Positions 49,799 through 60,481 of a stretch of 64,000 nucleotides of DNA are shown here, piece by piece (position 1 is the stretch's first letter; the number at the start of each line of letters is the position of its first letter). Under the pieces are notes generated by a model. The model was not told the origin of the DNA. It worked only from the letters and a program-made list of their open reading frames with translations, and did no database searches. The stretch is from an uncultured Methanobrevibacter sp. (GTDB lineage: Archaea > Methanobacteriota > Methanobacteria > Methanobacteriales > Methanobacteriaceae), in the NCBI GenBank assembly GCA_946404245.1, contig CAMJCX010000001.1, positions 23,836-87,835 on the forward strand, given 5' to 3'. The position numbers were made by a program, and so were the translations under genes.

Positions 49799-51946
49799 AT
49801 GATTGTTAGTACTTTAGAAAAGGAATTAAATTTAGCTAATTGGCAAGTTAAAAAAGTTATAAATCTAATTGATGATGGAAACACAATACCGTTCATTGCA
49901 AGGTATAGAAAGGACGTTACTGGTTCTCTTAATGATGAGACATTAAGAAAATTCGATGAGAGATTAAAATATCTCAGAAATCTTGAAGACAAAAAGGAAA
50001 AGGTCTTAAAAAGGATTGAAGATCTTGGAAAATTAGATGAGAGTTTAAAAAATCAGATTTTAAATGCGGCTACACTGGTCGAACTTGAGGACTTATACAG
50101 GCCATACAAAAGCAAAAAACAGACAAGGGCAACCAAGGCAAAGGAAAAAGGCCTGGAACCTCTGGCAGATTTGATACTGGCTCAGGAAGTGAGAGAGTCC
50201 GTTAAAAAAATCGCAAAAAACTACATTAACGATGAGGTTAAAACACCTGAAGAGGCAATACAGGGCGCACAGGACATAATTGCAGAAATAATATCCGACA
50301 ATTCTGATTTCAGAGGTAAAATCAGGAAAAATACCTTCTTTACAGGTCAAATCACATCAAAAGCTAAGGACAAGGATGCTTCCAGCGAGTATGAAGTTTA
50401 TTATAATTACTCAGAAAATATCAAAAAGATTCCTCCACATAGGATACTGGCCATAAACCGTGCAGAAAAGGAGGGCATTGTCAAGGCCAAAATCGAATGT
50501 GAAACTGACGACATCTTAAGGTATCTGGAAAGGCATACCCTAAAAAACATTTCAAAAATTCCTGAAAAAATCGAATACAACAGATACACAACCCCTATTA
50601 TCAAGGAAGCGATTGCAGATGCCTACAAAAGGCTGATATCTCCTGCAATCGAAAGGGAGATTAGAAATTATCTGACTGAAAAGGCAGAGGAAAAGTCAAT
50701 TGAAGTATTTGCCCAAAATTTAAATCAGGTGTTGATGGAATCTCCGCTTGTCGGCAAAACAATTTTGGGATGGGACCCCGCTTTTAGAACAGGCTGCAAA
50801 CTGGCCATCATTGACGAGACAGGAAAGGTTCTTGCCACATCACTGATATATCCTACAGCTCCTCAAAATAAGGTGGAAGAGTCAATAAAGACAGTCCGTG
50901 AACTGATTGATGAATATGACATTAACGTAATAGCTATCGGTAACGGAACCGCCTCAAGGGAGTCTGAGGAAATCGTTGCAAGAATCATCAAGGGCACAGA
51001 TGTTGAATACATAATTGTCAATGAGGCGGGCGCTTCAGTTTATTCCGCATCAAAGCTGGCTGATGAGGAATTTCCGGATTTCTCTGAAGGTGAGAGAAGT
51101 GCGGTTTCAATTGCAAGAAGGCTTCAGGACCCTCTGGCCGAGCTTGTTAAGATTGACCCAAAATCCATTGGTGTTGGGCAGTATCAGCATGACATGAATC
51201 AGAAGCAGCTGTCCGAGTCTCTCGACGGAGTTGTTGAAAAGGTTGTAAATGAGGTCGGCGTTGATTTGAACACTGCGTCTTACAGCCTGCTTAATCACGT
51301 ATCTGGAATTGGAAAAACAACCGCTCAAAACATCATAGAATATAGGGATGAAAACGGCAGGTTCACCAATCGTAAAGAACTTTTAAATGTTAAAAAACTA
51401 GGTAAAAAAACATTTGAACAGTGTGCAGGCTTTATTAAAATTGACAATCCAGAATATCCTCTGGATAATACAACAATACATCCGGAATCATATTCCGCAA
51501 CAAAAAAGCTGCTTAAAAAACTGAACTATTCTCTTGATGATATAGGTTCAAATAAGTTAAGATTGGATAATCTGGATTTGGAATCACTTTCCGATGAGCT
51601 TGAAATCGGTTTGGAAACTCTGAAGGACATTATCAAGGAGCTTAAAAAGCCGGGTCGTGACCCAAGGGAAGACATGCCAAAACCGATTCTTAGAAAGAAC
51701 GTATTGTCAATTGAAGATCTGGAAATAGGAATGATAATGCAGGGGACTGTAAGAAATATTGTTGATTTTGGCGCTTTTGTAGATATTGGAGTTCATCAGG
51801 ATGGTTTGGTCCATATATCTCAATTGGTAGCAGATAAATATGTAAAACATCCGCTCGACATTGTTAGTGTTGGTGAAATTGTTGACGTTAAGGTTTTAGA
51901 TGTTGATGTTGAGAGAAAAAGAATTCAATTATCTATGATAATTTAA
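49799..51946 (+). CDS. tex: Tex-family transcription accessory protein (S1 domain)
   Basis: TIPFIARYRK, DPAFRTGCK, IGNGTASRE, EAGASVYSAS, IGVGQYQHD, C-terminal S1 FGAFVDIG. Confidence 0.93.
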   Translation: MIVSTLEKELNLANWQVKKVINLIDDGNTIPFIARYRKDVTGSLNDETLRKFDERLKYLRNLEDKKEKVLKRIEDLGKLDESLKNQILNAATLVELEDLYRPYKSKKQTRATKAKEKGLEPLADLILAQEVRESVKKIAKNYINDEVKTPEEAIQGAQDIIAEIISDNSDFRGKIRKNTFFTGQITSKAKDKDASSEYEVYYNYSENIKKIPPHRILAINRAEKEGIVKAKIECETDDILRYLERHTLKNISKIPEKIEYNRYTTPIIKEAIADAYKRLISPAIEREIRNYLTEKAEEKSIEVFAQNLNQVLMESPLVGKTILGWDPAFRTGCKLAIIDETGKVLATSLIYPTAPQNKVEESIKTVRELIDEYDINVIAIGNGTASRESEEIVARIIKGTDVEYIIVNEAGASVYSASKLADEEFPDFSEGERSAVSIARRLQDPLAELVKIDPKSIGVGQYQHDMNQKQLSESLDGVVEKVVNEVGVDLNTASYSLLNHVSGIGKTTAQNIIEYRDENGRFTNRKELLNVKKLGKKTFEQCAGFIKIDNPEYPLDNTTIHPESYSATKKLLKKLNYSLDDIGSNKLRLDNLDLESLSDELEIGLETLKDIIKELKKPGRDPREDMPKPILRKNVLSIEDLEIGMIMQGTVRNIVDFGAFVDIGVHQDGLVHISQLVADKYVKHPLDIVSVGEIVDVKVLDVDVERKRIQLSMII

Positions 51947-51999
51947 TATATTTTAAAGTGAATATTATATTATGATTAAATATTTTTAGAAGGGATTTA

Positions 52000-53025
52000 A
52001 TGACACCAAAGATAATGATTATTCTTGGAAGCGGTTCGGATATTGCTATTGCTGAAAAAGCTATGGATATTTTAGACAAATTGGAAATACCATATAGTTT
52101 AAAAATTGCATCTGCTCACAGAACACCTAACCTTGTTCGTGAAATAGTTAGTCAAGGAACTGATGCTGGAATAGAAGTGTTTATTGGTATTGCAGGACTT
52201 GCGGCACACCTGCCGGGTTCCATTGCAGCTTACACACCAAGACCTGTTATTGGGGTTCCGGTTGATGTTAAAACTGGAGGTATAGATGCCCTTGAATCAG
52301 TTGTTCAAATGCCTTATCCGTCTCCTATAGCGACTGTTGGAATTGACAGGGGAGACAATGCCGCAATATTGGCGGCTCAGTTCATCGGGCTTCACGATGA
52401 AGAGGTTCGCTTAAAAGTAAGACAATTAAGAAAGGATTATGCTCAAAAGGTTTATGATAGCAATGAAAAAATAGTTCAGCAAATCGACAGGCCGTTTATA
52501 CAAAATGATTTCTTGAGAATTAAAAACCTTGAAATAAATGGCGTTAAAGTTGATGCCGACGCTGAACAGACCTGTAAAAATAAGGATGCAGAGGTTTCCA
52601 TCATTGTCGGAAGGCAAACTGACCTGCCAACCGCTAAAAAAGCAGGTGTTATATTGGACAGGCTTAAAATCAGCTATGACATAAAAGTTGTTTGTCCAAT
52701 CAGATCCACTAAAAAATTCACAAATTATGTAAAATCAATGAAAAACGTTAAGATATTCATTGGAATTAGTTCAAATTCATCACAGGTTACAGGAGGTATT
52801 GTAGGCCTTACAGACAAGCCTGTAATCGGAGTTCCATGTACTAATGAAAATGGTGACGATTATTTGTTAACTACAGTAAGCATGCCGCCGGGCGTACCTG
52901 TTGCAACTGTTGGAATTAACAACGGTAAGAATGCGGCAGTTTTGGCTGGTGAAATTCTTGGAATCGATAATCCGAATATTACTGGACTTTTAGACAAATT
53001 AAAAGATAAAAAAATTAACTTATAG
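52000..53025 (+). CDS. purE: N5-CAIR mutase / AIR carboxylase, tandem two-domain form
   Basis: Domain 1 GSGSD, SAHRTP, AAHLPG, PVIGVP; domain 2 [17 protein letters not shown]. Confidence 0.9.
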   Translation: MTPKIMIILGSGSDIAIAEKAMDILDKLEIPYSLKIASAHRTPNLVREIVSQGTDAGIEVFIGIAGLAAHLPGSIAAYTPRPVIGVPVDVKTGGIDALESVVQMPYPSPIATVGIDRGDNAAILAAQFIGLHDEEVRLKVRQLRKDYAQKVYDSNEKIVQQIDRPFIQNDFLRIKNLEINGVKVDADAEQTCKNKDAEVSIIVGRQTDLPTAKKAGVILDRLKISYDIKVVCPIRSTKKFTNYVKSMKNVKIFIGISSNSSQVTGGIVGLTDKPVIGVPCTNENGDDYLLTTVSMPPGVPVATVGINNGKNAAVLAGEILGIDNPNITGLLDKLKDKKINL

Positions 53026-53032
53026 GGATAAC

Positions 53033-54286
53033 ATGAAAATTAATGATGACAATGTAATTGAAATTTCAGAAGAGCTTTCAAGCGAATTTGAAGTTGCAAA
53101 AGTTTTAAGACAATATCCTAAGGATACCGTAATAATTAAAAACGTTAAAGGCTATGACATGCCGGTTATTTCCGGAATATGCAACACCAGGGATAAAATA
53201 GCAAAATCAATCAACTGTGAAGTATCCGAAATCACTGAAAAAATTATTGACGCTATGGAAAAGCCAATTAAAGTCGACAAATTCACAGATTTCAGTGAAT
53301 ATGAAACTTCAGAAATTGATTTGGATAAAATACCAATCTTGACTCATTATAAAAGAGACGGTGGAGCTTACATTACTGCAGGTGTCGTATTTGCACGTGA
53401 CCCTGAAACAGGTATTCAGAACGCATCAATTCACAGGATGATGGTTTTGGACAACAAAAGACTTGTAATCAGGATAGTTCCAAGAAACCTTTACACCTAT
53501 TTCCAAAGGGCACAAAAACTTGGAAAGGATTTGGACATTGCAATAGCCATTGGAATGGATCCTGCAATATTGCTTGCAAGTACAACCTCAATTCCAATTG
53601 ATTATGATGAAATGGATGTGGCTAATGCATTTAAAGGCGGAAATCTCGAATTGATTAAATGTGGAGACTTGAACGTTCCTCAGGCTGACATTATTTTGGA
53701 AGGTAAAATATCAGTGACCGAAACAGTTGCAGAAGGTCCTTTCGTTGATTTAACCGATACCTACGATATTATCCGTGACCAGCCAATCATCAATCTTGAA
53801 ACCATGCACATTAAAAAGGATGCGGTTTATCACGCCATCATTCCTGCTGGATTTGAACATAAGCTATTGCAGGGTCTTCCTCAAGAGCCAAGGATATTCA
53901 AGGCAGTTAAAAATGCAGTTCCTACAGTGGAAAATGTTGTCTTGACTGAAGGAGGCTGCTGCTGGTTGCATGCTGTTGTTTCAATCAGAAAACAGACTGA
54001 AGGGGATGGAAAAAACGCAATAATGGCAGCGCTATCCGCTCACCCGTCACTTAAACATTGTGTCGTTGTCGACACTGACGTTAATGTGTTTGACGCTGAA
54101 GATGTTGAATATGCAATATCAACACGTATAAAAGGTGACAGGGACATCATGATAGTGCCTAATGTAAGGGGTTCATCTCTTGATCCGGTAGCTGAAAGTG
54201 ATGGAACTACTACAAAAATAGGTGTGGATGCTACTAAATCCCTAAAAGCTTTAGAAAAATTCGAAAGAGTAAGTTTCGGAGAATGA
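53033..54286 (+). CDS. UbiD-family prFMN decarboxylase (probably anhydromevalonate phosphate decarboxylase)
   Basis: DGGAYIT, NASIHR, EGPFVD, VVVD.DVN, GSSLDP, K.G.DAT. Confidence 0.82.
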   Translation: MKINDDNVIEISEELSSEFEVAKVLRQYPKDTVIIKNVKGYDMPVISGICNTRDKIAKSINCEVSEITEKIIDAMEKPIKVDKFTDFSEYETSEIDLDKIPILTHYKRDGGAYITAGVVFARDPETGIQNASIHRMMVLDNKRLVIRIVPRNLYTYFQRAQKLGKDLDIAIAIGMDPAILLASTTSIPIDYDEMDVANAFKGGNLELIKCGDLNVPQADIILEGKISVTETVAEGPFVDLTDTYDIIRDQPIINLETMHIKKDAVYHAIIPAGFEHKLLQGLPQEPRIFKAVKNAVPTVENVVLTEGGCCWLHAVVSIRKQTEGDGKNAIMAALSAHPSLKHCVVVDTDVNVFDAEDVEYAISTRIKGDRDIMIVPNVRGSSLDPVAESDGTTTKIGVDATKSLKALEKFERVSFGE

Positions 54287-54316
54287 AACCACTCTAATTT
54301 TTATCTTTTTTTTAAT

Positions 54317-55555
54317 TTAAATTGTATACAGATTCCCATAATTATAAAGTGTAACGTCATCAGGAACTTTATAGATTATGTTTTTAGTATCGAAAATGAT
54401 TGGATTTTCCATTTTTTTGCTGATTAACTGATAATCAGGATGCTTGAACTCATCGTGGTCGCATAGTATAAGAATCAGTTTTGCACCATCGATTGCATCG
54501 GCAAAGCTCACAAGGTTATCCCTTTTTATGTGAGGGTCATGGACTGCAATTTCATATCCGTCCTGCTCGAGCTCAGCTATTATTTCATAGGATGGGCTTT
54601 CCCTGTCGTCACCGGTATTTCCCTTATATGAAACTCCCAAAACGGCAATCTTTCCGTCCGGAATTATTTTTCTGACGTATTCGCAGACGAATCCCGGCAT
54701 GGATTTGTTTGTGTCACGTGCCAGTTTTATGATTTTAGCGGTTTCAGGCGCTTTGGCATAAATGAAGTAAGGGTCAATTGCAAGGCAGTGTCCTCCAACA
54801 CCGGGGCCAGGAGAATGCAGGTTTACTCTCGGATGCTTGTTTGCCATTTTGATAACGTCAAGCGCATTCACTCCAATTTCAGCACAGATTTTGGCAAGCT
54901 CGTTTGCAAGTGCGATGTTGACGTCCCTGAAGGTGTTTTCCATACATTTTGACAGCTCAGCGGTTTTCGCTTCAGTGAGCATAAGATATCCTTCAACGAA
55001 CTGTCCGTACACTTCGCTTGCTTTTACTGCACATTCAGGAGTTACTCCTCCAATGATTCTGTCGTTGTGGACCAGTTCCTCTAGAATGCGGCCCGGAAGA
55101 ACCCTTTCAGGACAGTGCGCAAGGTATAAGTCTTCACCTATGGTAAAACCGGCCTTTTCAAAGATAGGCTTGATGACCTCATCGGTTGACATAGGAGCTA
55201 TTGTTGATTCGATAATGACGGTATTTCCCTTTTCCAGATATGGAATTATTGTTTCACAGGCGGTGGTGACATAACTCAAGTCACAGCTGTAGTTTTCAAC
55301 GATATATGGAGTAGGTACTGTAATGATGAAGGCATCTGCTTTTTCAGGAGTTAATGAGGCTTTGTAAGTATGTTTTCTGACGGATTTTTTGATAATGTCG
55401 CTTATTCCAGGCTCTTCAATGTGAATAATTCCCTTGTTTAAGTTTTCAATCATTTCTTCGTTAATGTCTACTCCAACAACTTCGCAGTGGCTTCTTGAAA
55501 AGAGGGCGGCTGTTGGAAGTCCGATGTATCCTTGACCCATAATACAAACTTTCAT
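54317..55555 (-). CDS. wecC: UDP-N-acetyl-D-mannosamine dehydrogenase family
   Basis: GQGYIGLP, VPTP, EST, CPERVLPG, ENTFRDVNIALANE, GVGGHC, YKGN.GDDRESP. Confidence 0.88.
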   Translation of the reverse strand: MKVCIMGQGYIGLPTAALFSRSHCEVVGVDINEEMIENLNKGIIHIEEPGISDIIKKSVRKHTYKASLTPEKADAFIITVPTPYIVENYSCDLSYVTTACETIIPYLEKGNTVIIESTIAPMSTDEVIKPIFEKAGFTIGEDLYLAHCPERVLPGRILEELVHNDRIIGGVTPECAVKASEVYGQFVEGYLMLTEAKTAELSKCMENTFRDVNIALANELAKICAEIGVNALDVIKMANKHPRVNLHSPGPGVGGHCLAIDPYFIYAKAPETAKIIKLARDTNKSMPGFVCEYVRKIIPDGKIAVLGVSYKGNTGDDRESPSYEIIAELEQDGYEIAVHDPHIKRDNLVSFADAIDGAKLILILCDHDEFKHPDYQLISKKMENPIIFDTKNIIYKVPDDVTLYNYGNLYTI

Positions 55556-55628
55556 AATTATAACTCCCATTTTAAATATTTAAAGTAATATATATCTAAA
55601 CTATATATTAAACTTTTAAGGGATTATT

Positions 55629-56468
55629 ATGAAGATTTTAATTACTGGTTCTAATGGAATGCTGGGCCATGATTTGCAGGAGACTTTAAAAGACAGCCAT
55701 GAACTGGTTTTAACAACATCTAAAACATTGGATATAACTGACAGGGATAAAACAATTGAGATTATCAAGGAAAATAATCCTGACATTGTAATCAATTCCG
55801 CAGCATATACCGATGTTGACGGATGTGAAACCAACCAGGATTTGGCATATGCCGTAAACGGCGAAGGCGTTAGGAATCTGGCCCTTGCATGCAGGGAAAT
55901 TGACTGTCCTCTGGTTCATGTAAGTACCGATTATGTTTTTGACGGAACCGCAAGAGACCCTATCGCTGAAGATGGCGAAATAGGTCCGATAAGCGTTTAC
56001 GGCAAAAGCAAACTCATGGGTGAAGAGGCAATTCAGGAAATTTTGGACAAGTTCTTTATTATCAGGACAGCATGGCTGTACGGCATCAACGGTAAGAATT
56101 TCCCAAAAACAATGCTTGAACTGGCCAAGAATCATTCAGAAATTACCGTGGTTTATGATGAGGTGGGAACACCGACCTACACTCCGGATTTGGCCGATGG
56201 AATTTCCAAACTGATTGAAACTGATTATTACGGAATATATCATCTTACAAATTCAGGAAGCTGTTCATGGTGCGAATTTGCAAGATACATCTTTGAAATT
56301 GCTGGCAGCGATGTTAAGGTAATTCCAGTTACAGCATCTGAATTTTCAAGGCCTGCTCCAAGGCCGAGCTATTCTGTTTTGAAAAATCAAAAATGGATTG
56401 AAAATGGATTTGAACCTTTAAGGGATTATAAAGAGGCTATAAAAGAATATATTGAGTTGATAAAATGA
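55629..56468 (+). CDS. rfbD: dTDP-4-dehydrorhamnose reductase
   Basis: GSNGMLG, AAYTDVD, STDYVFDG, YGKSK, RTAWLY, PRP.YS. Confidence 0.95.
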   Translation: MKILITGSNGMLGHDLQETLKDSHELVLTTSKTLDITDRDKTIEIIKENNPDIVINSAAYTDVDGCETNQDLAYAVNGEGVRNLALACREIDCPLVHVSTDYVFDGTARDPIAEDGEIGPISVYGKSKLMGEEAIQEILDKFFIIRTAWLYGINGKNFPKTMLELAKNHSEITVVYDEVGTPTYTPDLADGISKLIETDYYGIYHLTNSGSCSWCEFARYIFEIAGSDVKVIPVTASEFSRPAPRPSYSVLKNQKWIENGFEPLRDYKEAIKEYIELIK

Positions 56469-56914
56469 ACAAAAAGCTAGTATTTATCTTTGCACTTGTA
56501 ATTGCACTGTTTACAATTGGATTTGTGAGTGCGGGATTTTTCGATTTTCTGCATTTCGGTGACGATTCATCCAGTGCCGGTGTAACTGAAGACGGCCAGT
56601 ACTGTACTGTTGATGAGGTGGCGGCCTACATTAAGGAATATCATAAGCTTCCAAGCAACTATATAACAAAAAAGGAGGCACAGGCCCTTGGATGGCATGG
56701 AGGACCGCTTAAGGAATATGCTCCAGGAAAAAGTATAGGTGGAGATACATTTACCAACCGCCAGCACATACTTCCGGATTCAGATTCCAGATACATAGAA
56801 TGCGACATTAACGCAAATGGAACCGCACGTGGGGCTGAAAGGATAGTTTATAACTCAGGAGACTTTAAGGTTTACTACACTTCCGACCACTATAAGACTT
56901 TTAAAGAGGTTTAA
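56465..56914 (+). CDS. Secreted barnase-family guanyl-specific ribonuclease
   Basis: Signal peptide; LPSNYITKKEAQALGW, APGKSIGGD.F.N, ECDIN, RGAERI, TSDHYKTF. Confidence 0.9.
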   Translation: MNKKLVFIFALVIALFTIGFVSAGFFDFLHFGDDSSSAGVTEDGQYCTVDEVAAYIKEYHKLPSNYITKKEAQALGWHGGPLKEYAPGKSIGGDTFTNRQHILPDSDSRYIECDINANGTARGAERIVYNSGDFKVYYTSDHYKTFKEV

Positions 56915-56915
56915 A

Positions 56916-57146
56916 ATGCAACTGGATGGTGAATTAATCAAGAAAGACGGGCATGATTATTTGGCGGAAGCATTGAACTTCCCTGACTATTACGGTAAGA
57001 ATCTGGACGCTTTATATGATTGTCTTACTGAAATCGAATGTGAAATTGTATTAATTAATGCCGGTGCGGTCGATAAGGATATCATTGACACCTTCAAGGA
57101 TGCGGCCGGTGAAAATGAATTTTTAACTTTTGAAAGTTTTCCTTAA
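56916..57146 (+). CDS. Barstar-family RNase inhibitor
   Basis: LNFPDYYGKNLDALYDCL signature; acidic, 76 aa. Confidence 0.9.
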   Translation: MQLDGELIKKDGHDYLAEALNFPDYYGKNLDALYDCLTEIECEIVLINAGAVDKDIIDTFKDAAGENEFLTFESFP

Positions 57147-57211
57147 CTTTCAACTTCTTTTTTTATAATATATATTAATCATTAACAACAAACTTTTCAT
57201 TAGTGATTGTT

Positions 57212-58078
57212 ATGAAAGGTATAGTACTTGCAGGTGGTTCCGGAACTCGTCTGTATCCAATTACAAAAGCTGTTTCAAAGCAATTATTGCCTTTGTATGA
57301 TAAGCCGATGATTTATTATCCGATATCTGTTTTAATGCTTGCAGGAATTAAGGAAATTCTAATTATATCCACTCCTCGTGACCTGCCGATGTTTAAGGAC
57401 TTGCTAGGTGACGGAAGCAGTTTGGGAATTGAATTTTCATACGCTGTTCAGGAAAACCCTAATGGCCTTGCTGAAGCATTTATCATCGGTGAGGAATTCA
57501 TTGGCGATGACAATGTTGCTTTAATCTTGGGAGACAATATCTTCCATGGACACAGATTTACTGAAATCCTTGAAAGGGCTAAAAATCTTGAGGAAGGCGC
57601 TGTGATATTTGGATATTATACCAACAACCCCGAAGCTTTCGGCGTTGTTGAGTTTGACAGCGATTGGAATGTTTTATCAATTGAAGAAAAACCGGAAAAA
57701 CCTAAGTCAAATTATATTGTACCTGGTCTTTATTTCTATGATAATGATGTAATAGAGATCGCTAAAAACGTTAAGCCTTCCGACAGGGGCGAAGTTGAAA
57801 TTACATCAGTAAATGAAGAGTATCTAAAACGTGGAAAGCTTAAGGTAGAACTTCTCGGAAGGGGTATGGCCTGGCTGGATACAGGTACTCATGAGGGGCT
57901 TTTGGAAGCTTCAAATTTCATTGAAACCATTCAAAAAAGACAAGGACTATATATTGCTTGTCTTGAAGAGATAGCATATCTTAAAGGTTACATCGACGAT
58001 GAAGAATTGTTGAAAACTGCTAATGAACTTGAAAAAACTGATTATGGGCAATACTTATTTAATTTAGTTAGAAAGTGA
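57212..58078 (+). CDS. rfbA: Glucose-1-phosphate thymidylyltransferase
   Basis: [42 protein letters not shown]. Confidence 0.96.
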   Translation: MKGIVLAGGSGTRLYPITKAVSKQLLPLYDKPMIYYPISVLMLAGIKEILIISTPRDLPMFKDLLGDGSSLGIEFSYAVQENPNGLAEAFIIGEEFIGDDNVALILGDNIFHGHRFTEILERAKNLEEGAVIFGYYTNNPEAFGVVEFDSDWNVLSIEEKPEKPKSNYIVPGLYFYDNDVIEIAKNVKPSDRGEVEITSVNEEYLKRGKLKVELLGRGMAWLDTGTHEGLLEASNFIETIQKRQGLYIACLEEIAYLKGYIDDEELLKTANELEKTDYGQYLFNLVRK

Positions 58079-58083
58079 GTCTT

Positions 58084-58644
58084 ATGGGAAAATTTAAATT
58101 TACAGATCTTGACATCGAAGGGATGTTTACAGTTGAACCTACAGTCTTTGAGGACAATAGGGGATACTTCATGGAAACATATAATGAAAATGACTTTAAA
58201 GAGGCTGGTTATGACCTTACATTTGTTCAGGATAACCAATCCAAATCATCAAAAGGAGTTTTGAGAGGCCTTCACCTGCAGGTGAACTATCCTCAGGGCA
58301 AACTCGTACGCGTTATTAAAGGCGAAGTGTTTGATGTTGGAGTGGACCTCAGGGCGGATTCCCCCACATACGGCAAATGGGCAGGAGCCATACTGTCTGA
58401 GGAAAACAAGAAGCAGTTGTATATTCCTCCAAAATTTGCCCACGGTTTTGTTGTGCTTTCCGATGAAGCCGAATTCCAATACAAATGCACAGAATTTTAC
58501 CATGGGGAAGATGAAAGCGGTATAATGTGGAATGATGAGGATATTGCAATCGATTGGCCAATCGATGACATTGATGAGATTATTTTATCTGATAAGGATA
58601 AACAATGGAAAAGCCTAAAAGAATCTCAAATTAAATATGAGTGA
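58084..58644 (+). CDS. rfbC: dTDP-4-dehydrorhamnose 3,5-epimerase
   Basis: DNRGYF.E, FVQDN.S.S, LRGLH, QGKLVRV, FAHGF. Confidence 0.95.
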   Translation: MGKFKFTDLDIEGMFTVEPTVFEDNRGYFMETYNENDFKEAGYDLTFVQDNQSKSSKGVLRGLHLQVNYPQGKLVRVIKGEVFDVGVDLRADSPTYGKWAGAILSEENKKQLYIPPKFAHGFVVLSDEAEFQYKCTEFYHGEDESGIMWNDEDIAIDWPIDDIDEIILSDKDKQWKSLKESQIKYE

Positions 58645-58649
58645 TTCAA

Positions 58650-59657
58650 ATGACTAAAATACTTGTTACTGGCGGAGCAGGATTTATTGGGAGCAATTTT
58701 GTCAGATACATGGTTAACAAATACTCCGAATATGAAATAATTAACCTTGATGCATTGACATACTGCGGAAACCTGGAAAACTTAAAGGATATAGAGGACA
58801 AGGACAATTACTCATTTGTTAAGGGAGATATCAGGGATAAATCCGTTGTCGATGATTTGGTCAGGCAATGCGATTATGTGATTAACTTCGCCGCTGAAAG
58901 CCATGTTGACAGAAGCATAGAAGATCCTGAAATCTTTATCAAGTCAAATGTTCTTGGAACACAAACCCTTTTGAATGCCGCCAAGGAATTCGGCGTTGAA
59001 AAATACATTCAGATATCCACGGATGAGGTTTATGGAACCTTGGGAAAAACAGGATTCTTCACTGAAACCACTCCTTTACAACCTAACAGTCCATATTCAG
59101 CATCAAAGGCAGGCGGAGACTTGATTACAAGAGCATATGGTGAAACCTTTGATTTGCCAATAAACATAACTCGTTGCTCAAACAATTACGGACCTTATCA
59201 ATTTCCTGAAAAACTGATTCCTCTGATGATTTCCAATGCACTCGAAGACAAGAAACTGCCAATCTATGGTGACGGTAAAAACATCCGTGACTGGTTGCAT
59301 GTCCATGACCACTGTGTCGCAATCGATTTGGTAATGCATGAAGGCAAGCTTGGAGAGGTCTACAATATCGGTGGAAACAACGAAAAAGAAAATATTTACA
59401 TTGTCAAACTGATTTTAGAAGAATTGGGCAAGGATGAGTCATTGATTGAATTCGTCACAGATAGGTTAGGTCATGATAGACGTTATGCTATCGATTCAAC
59501 TAAAATTCAAAACGATTTGGGTTGGAAGCCATCATATACATTTGAAACAGGTATAACAGAAACAATCCAATGGTATTTGGATAATCAGGATTGGACTGAG
59601 CAGGTTAAAAGTGGAGATTATCAGAAATATTATGAAAAAATGTATGGCGACAGATAA
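58650..59657 (+). CDS. rfbB: dTDP-glucose 4,6-dehydratase
   Basis: GGAGFIG, AAESHVDRSI, STDEVYG, YSASK, CSNNYGP, GHDRRY. Confidence 0.96.
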   Translation: MTKILVTGGAGFIGSNFVRYMVNKYSEYEIINLDALTYCGNLENLKDIEDKDNYSFVKGDIRDKSVVDDLVRQCDYVINFAAESHVDRSIEDPEIFIKSNVLGTQTLLNAAKEFGVEKYIQISTDEVYGTLGKTGFFTETTPLQPNSPYSASKAGGDLITRAYGETFDLPINITRCSNNYGPYQFPEKLIPLMISNALEDKKLPIYGDGKNIRDWLHVHDHCVAIDLVMHEGKLGEVYNIGGNNEKENIYIVKLILEELGKDESLIEFVTDRLGHDRRYAIDSTKIQNDLGWKPSYTFETGITETIQWYLDNQDWTEQVKSGDYQKYYEKMYGDR

Positions 59658-59903
59658 TTTTTACACTTGAAACGTATCTCTTTTTTTATTATTTTATTTT
59701 CAATTTTTTATTTTTTTTAGTTGCATCGTTCAATAATTTTTAATTTATTTAAGTTATTTTGTAGATTTTTTCAGTTAAATTATTTTTACATTTTTAAGAT
59801 ATTTAAGATAGTTTTATATATTATTATTCGTTAATATTCATTATCATAGGGTTGTTTTTTTCGGAAAAATCTATTCCGATTTATTAGGGGAAATGGTGAT
59901 TTA

Positions 59904-60170
59904 ATGTTGGAACAGTATTTGCCTTTTGTAGGATTAATTATATTTGGTAATATTGAAAATTTGGTGTTATCCTCTCAGGGGGTAGTTGCTGGAGTCAATC
60001 CGATTAAATTAGGTATTGCAAGTATCATTTGCGTATCTATGTGGCTGATTATTGGAACATTCGGAACTCAACTTCTTATTGATTATGTTGATTTCATCAA
60101 TTTTATAGGTGGACTTGCAATATTCGTCTTAGGTTTGCAGGCGATGATTCAATCTGTAAGGGGTGAATAA
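59904..60170 (+). CDS. Small 3-TM membrane protein (half of an MntP/CadD-like transporter)
   Basis: FGNIENL acidic TM1 motif and FIGGLAIF.LG.Q TM3; paralog of the next gene. Confidence 0.7.
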   Translation: MLEQYLPFVGLIIFGNIENLVLSSQGVVAGVNPIKLGIASIICVSMWLIIGTFGTQLLIDYVDFINFIGGLAIFVLGLQAMIQSVRGE

Positions 60171-60452
60171 ATGGATCCTGAATTAAAGCATTTTTCAGTA
60201 CTATTGGTTTTTGGAAACATCGAAAACCTGATTTTGGCGGCTCAAGGGGTTGACGCAGGTGTAAATCCTCTGGTTTTAGCTTGTTTAAGTTTAACTGCTG
60301 TTTTATTCTGGCTTTTAGTTGGAACATTCGGAACAAAAATGGCGATGAAATATGCAAGATACATTAACTTCATTGGTGGTCTGGCAATATTCATTTTAGG
60401 TATTCAAGCTATGGCAGAGTCCCTTCCGGGAATTTTTGCATTTTTCCATTAA
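60171..60452 (+). CDS. Small 3-TM membrane protein, paralog of the upstream gene
   Basis: Same FGNIENL, AGVNP, GTFGT and INFIGGLAIF motifs; abuts the upstream stop. Confidence 0.7.
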   Translation: MDPELKHFSVLLVFGNIENLILAAQGVDAGVNPLVLACLSLTAVLFWLLVGTFGTKMAMKYARYINFIGGLAIFILGIQAMAESLPGIFAFFH

Positions 60453-60481
60453 ATTAATCTTTTTTATTCAATTTGATTTTT

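Noticed and set aside
59840-59903. Possible yybP-ykoY (Mn) or fluoride riboswitch upstream of the half-transporters
   Set aside because: Only a 6-bp hairpin TCGGAA/TTCCGA is visible; consensus nucleotides of these riboswitches were not recognised
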